22,537 nucleotides of DNA. It comes from Paraspadella gotoi. Lineage: Eukaryota > Animalia > Chaetognatha. A model generated the notes under the pieces. That model was given only the letters and a program-made list of their open reading frames with translations. It was not told the origin of the DNA and ran no database searches. A program made the translations under genes and the position numbers. Positions 20,129-22,537 of this stretch are shown here, piece after piece (within the stretch, counting starts at the first letter, position 1; the number at the start of each line of letters is the position of its first letter). Location of the stretch: NCBI GenBank assembly GCA_051294375.1, contig JBJCIZ010000489.1, forward strand, positions 1 to 22,537. The letters run 5' to 3'.

Positions 20129-20521
20129 TTTCGCTTAATGGGACCGAGATAACCGGTAAGCAGAGGACTGGGAAGGGGAGTAGGGCTCGAAGGGAAAGGG
20201 GAGCGATGAGTGGGGAGAGGGTAGAAGGTGATAAAGAATTAGTCGGATCCGGGTTCCCCCCCTACTTCGCAACAGGAGCCGAGTTGTTGTTGTTGTTGTT
20301 GTCGTCGTGAAACTGATGTAGTTAAGGTTGATTGCTTTTTGTAGTTAACGCAACTAATTTGGTCAGGGTGGACCATTTTATTGTCCGCGGCTAACGAGCG
20401 ATGAGAAAACTTTTTTTTTATCGCTATTGTATAAATTTTGAGTAAATTTAGTTTTTCCCTTAGAAGGAATTCTTGTTTTGATGAATTCGGGAGTTCGGGT
20501 TTTTTTGTAGTATCAATACAA

Positions 20522-20627
20522 TTTTTATCGAGCCTACCGGCGAAGCCGGTTCAGGCTCGATATTGATTCGGGGCAGCTTCTTTTTGACGTCGTCGTCGAC
20601 AACGTCGTCGTCGTCGTCGGAGTCCGC
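20522..20627 (+). mobile_element. HINE family 2, 5' end (interrupted by family 1, resumes after ~22098)
   Basis: TTTTTATCGAGCCTACCGGCGAAGCCGGTTCAGGCTCGATATTG followed by (GTC)n. The continuation at ~22185-22232 resembles the reverse complement of ~19765-19815. Confidence 0.75.
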
Positions 20628-22098
20628 TTTTAGTCGGGTCTGCTTATCAGCAGATCCCAACTCTATAATTCACTTTGTCGGTCCGTCGGTCCGCCCCCTC
20701 AATATTGTCAGGCACTAACTTATATCATGTCAGAACATCGAATTATGATAAATTATGCAAAAAAAATGATGTCCGTCCGTCCGGTCCGTCCGTCCCACCT
20801 TAGCAAAAAACACCAATTACTCGTGATTGGATGGATGGATTGGATGAAATTTTGTGTGTATAGGATTAAGTGTGTGATTGAGCTGGATATGAAGTTTCGA
20901 TGGAATCGTCCGAGTGGAAATGAGTTTAAATGGAAAAAAAAATATTCACTATTTGAACACCAATTGCTCATGAGTGGATGGGCTGATTGACCTGGAATTT
21001 TGTATGTGGGTAGGAAAGTGTGTGTGATTGAACAGGAAATCAAGTTTCGATGGAATAGTTTGAGTGGAAATGAGTTTAAATGGAAAAAACAAAAAAACCT
21101 GTTTCACTAATTGATTATTTTTCTTTTTCCTTTTATATTAAATGTATATGCAGAATGTATTAATAAATCAAATATTAATCAGTTAATTAATCAATTAGTA
21201 AATAAAATTTATCAATAATTAATTAGTCAATCAATCGTCCATCCGTCCCACCTTAGCAAAAAGCTCCAATAACTTGTGATTGGCTGGTTTGGAATTGGAA
21301 TTAAATTTTGTGTGTGGGTAGGAAAGTGTGTGATAAAGCTGGATATAAAGTTTTAATGGAATCGTGTGAGTGGAAATTAGTTTAAAATGGAAATATCATA
21401 AGTCGCATTTACTAAAATCTTTTTACTTATTTTATCCATTAAATACTATAATTAATCATAATTGGATGGATAGATTGAGTTGAAATTTTGATGTGTGAGT
21501 AGGATAAGATTGATGAGTGACGAAGCTTGATTTAAAGTTTCGTGGAAACGTACCAGTGGAAATGAGTTTAAATGAAAAAATATATGAGTCACATTTACTT
21601 GAATCTTTTTATTTATTTAACCCATGATAGATTGAGATGAAATTTTGTGAGCCGGTAGGAAAGTGAGTTAAGAAGCTAGATATAAAGTTTTGACGCGAAT
21701 GCATGTTGAAAAAATTATGCAAGTTGAAAAAAAATCTTAAAAGCATAAGGATCGTCGCAATTGCATAAAAAGAGGAGAGAGAGAGAGAGAGAAAGAAGAG
21801 AGAGTGAGAGAGAGAGAGAGAGGAGAGAGAGAAAAGAGAGAGAGTGAGAGAGAGAATGAGAGAGAGAGGAGAGAGAGAAGGAGACTAATAAAATAGAGGG
21901 TAATTTGTTTGTTTTGATAAAATGTAAACAAAACATTTAAAAACTGTCCTGGAACTCAATTTTAAGGACATCAATGATGACAAGCTGAATATAAATTAAA
22001 ATTAATTTTAAAATTAATTAATTAATTAATCGATTAATTATTTAATTAATTAATTAATTATCATAGGCAGATCCGACATTGTTTGCTCAAACTTATTT
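20628..22098 (+). mobile_element. Full-length HINE/DINE-1-like non-autonomous Helentron, family 1 (~1.47 kb)
   Basis: TTTT start, 5' subTIR GTCGGGTCTGCT (20633-20644) with an adjacent inverted copy AGCAGATCCCAAC, GTCC/GTCG microsatellite, ~150-190-bp tandem units, 3' subTIR GGCAGATCCGAC (22066-22077), stem-loop GTTTG-CT-CAAAC (22081-22092) and a T-rich end. Confidence 0.8.
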
Positions 22099-22537
22099 GT
22101 ATAAAAATTACTACGCTTTTATAGTTTTGGCTTGGACTTTTTTTTTTAAATAAAAATTATTATGAATTACGATGAAGTTTTATAAAAGTGTGCAATCATA
22201 GTAAGTTAAAAATTTCGATATGGCTTCTCATCTTGAAATAGCCCTGAAATTTTTATATTACATTTGGATTCAAGTATTTTTTGTGTGAATTACCACATCA
22301 TTATGATTTACTGCAATATGCAAATGAGATTATAGTACTCAATATAATATCCAAATTATATAGAAATGCTTTAATCTAATTTACATATTGCAGTAAATAA
22401 TATTGAAAATGAAATTCCTAAAAAAATTTTGAATCAATAAAAAACGTGTGAAATCAAAAGACCTTTTTAATGAGAAGCTGTAGTCGGGCATTGCCTTGGT
22501 TCACCCCGCTTATAAGCATGACTCTTTCAGTTGTGAC

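Noticed and set aside
19175-20745. 1.57-kb element bounded by 74-bp terminal inverted repeats
   Set aside because: The right repeat is internal to the full HINE-1 copy and the left is a fragment of the same family. No TSD is seen.
18337-21936. Ser/Leu-repeat ORFs (SLSLSL)
   Set aside because: Translations of (CT)n and (GA)n microsatellites.

Overview
AT-rich eukaryotic, most likely invertebrate, DNA made almost entirely of nested repeats. I see no recognisable host protein gene and nothing prokaryotic. (1) One BEL/Pao LTR-retrotransposon family appears in several pieces: a minus-strand 3' half (gag zinc knuckles, protease, RT, RNase H, integrase, plus an unexplained 3' region; 1-6535), a plus-strand 5' half (LTR, leader, gag; 9316-12696), minus-strand gag scraps between N gaps (12722-13226), and a complete 2.66-kb internally deleted copy with two LTRs and a CTTTA target-site duplication (14214-16871). 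(2) A cluster of four tRNA genes (Leu-AAG, Gln-CTG, iMet, Lys-TTT); the Lys gene is cut in its T-arm by the BEL LTR. (3) A Gypsy-type gag fragment. (4) A hAT-like MITE inside BEL gag. (5) An 83-bp-arm perfect palindrome carrying a Penelope-type minimal hammerhead ribozyme motif. (6) Two Helentron/DINE-1-like (HINE) families, one nested in the other. Much of the window looks like indel-rich long-read gap fill, and 6536-12696 appears inverted relative to its flanks, so frameshifts and some junctions may be assembly artefacts. All family assignments come from motif recognition by eye, not database searches.
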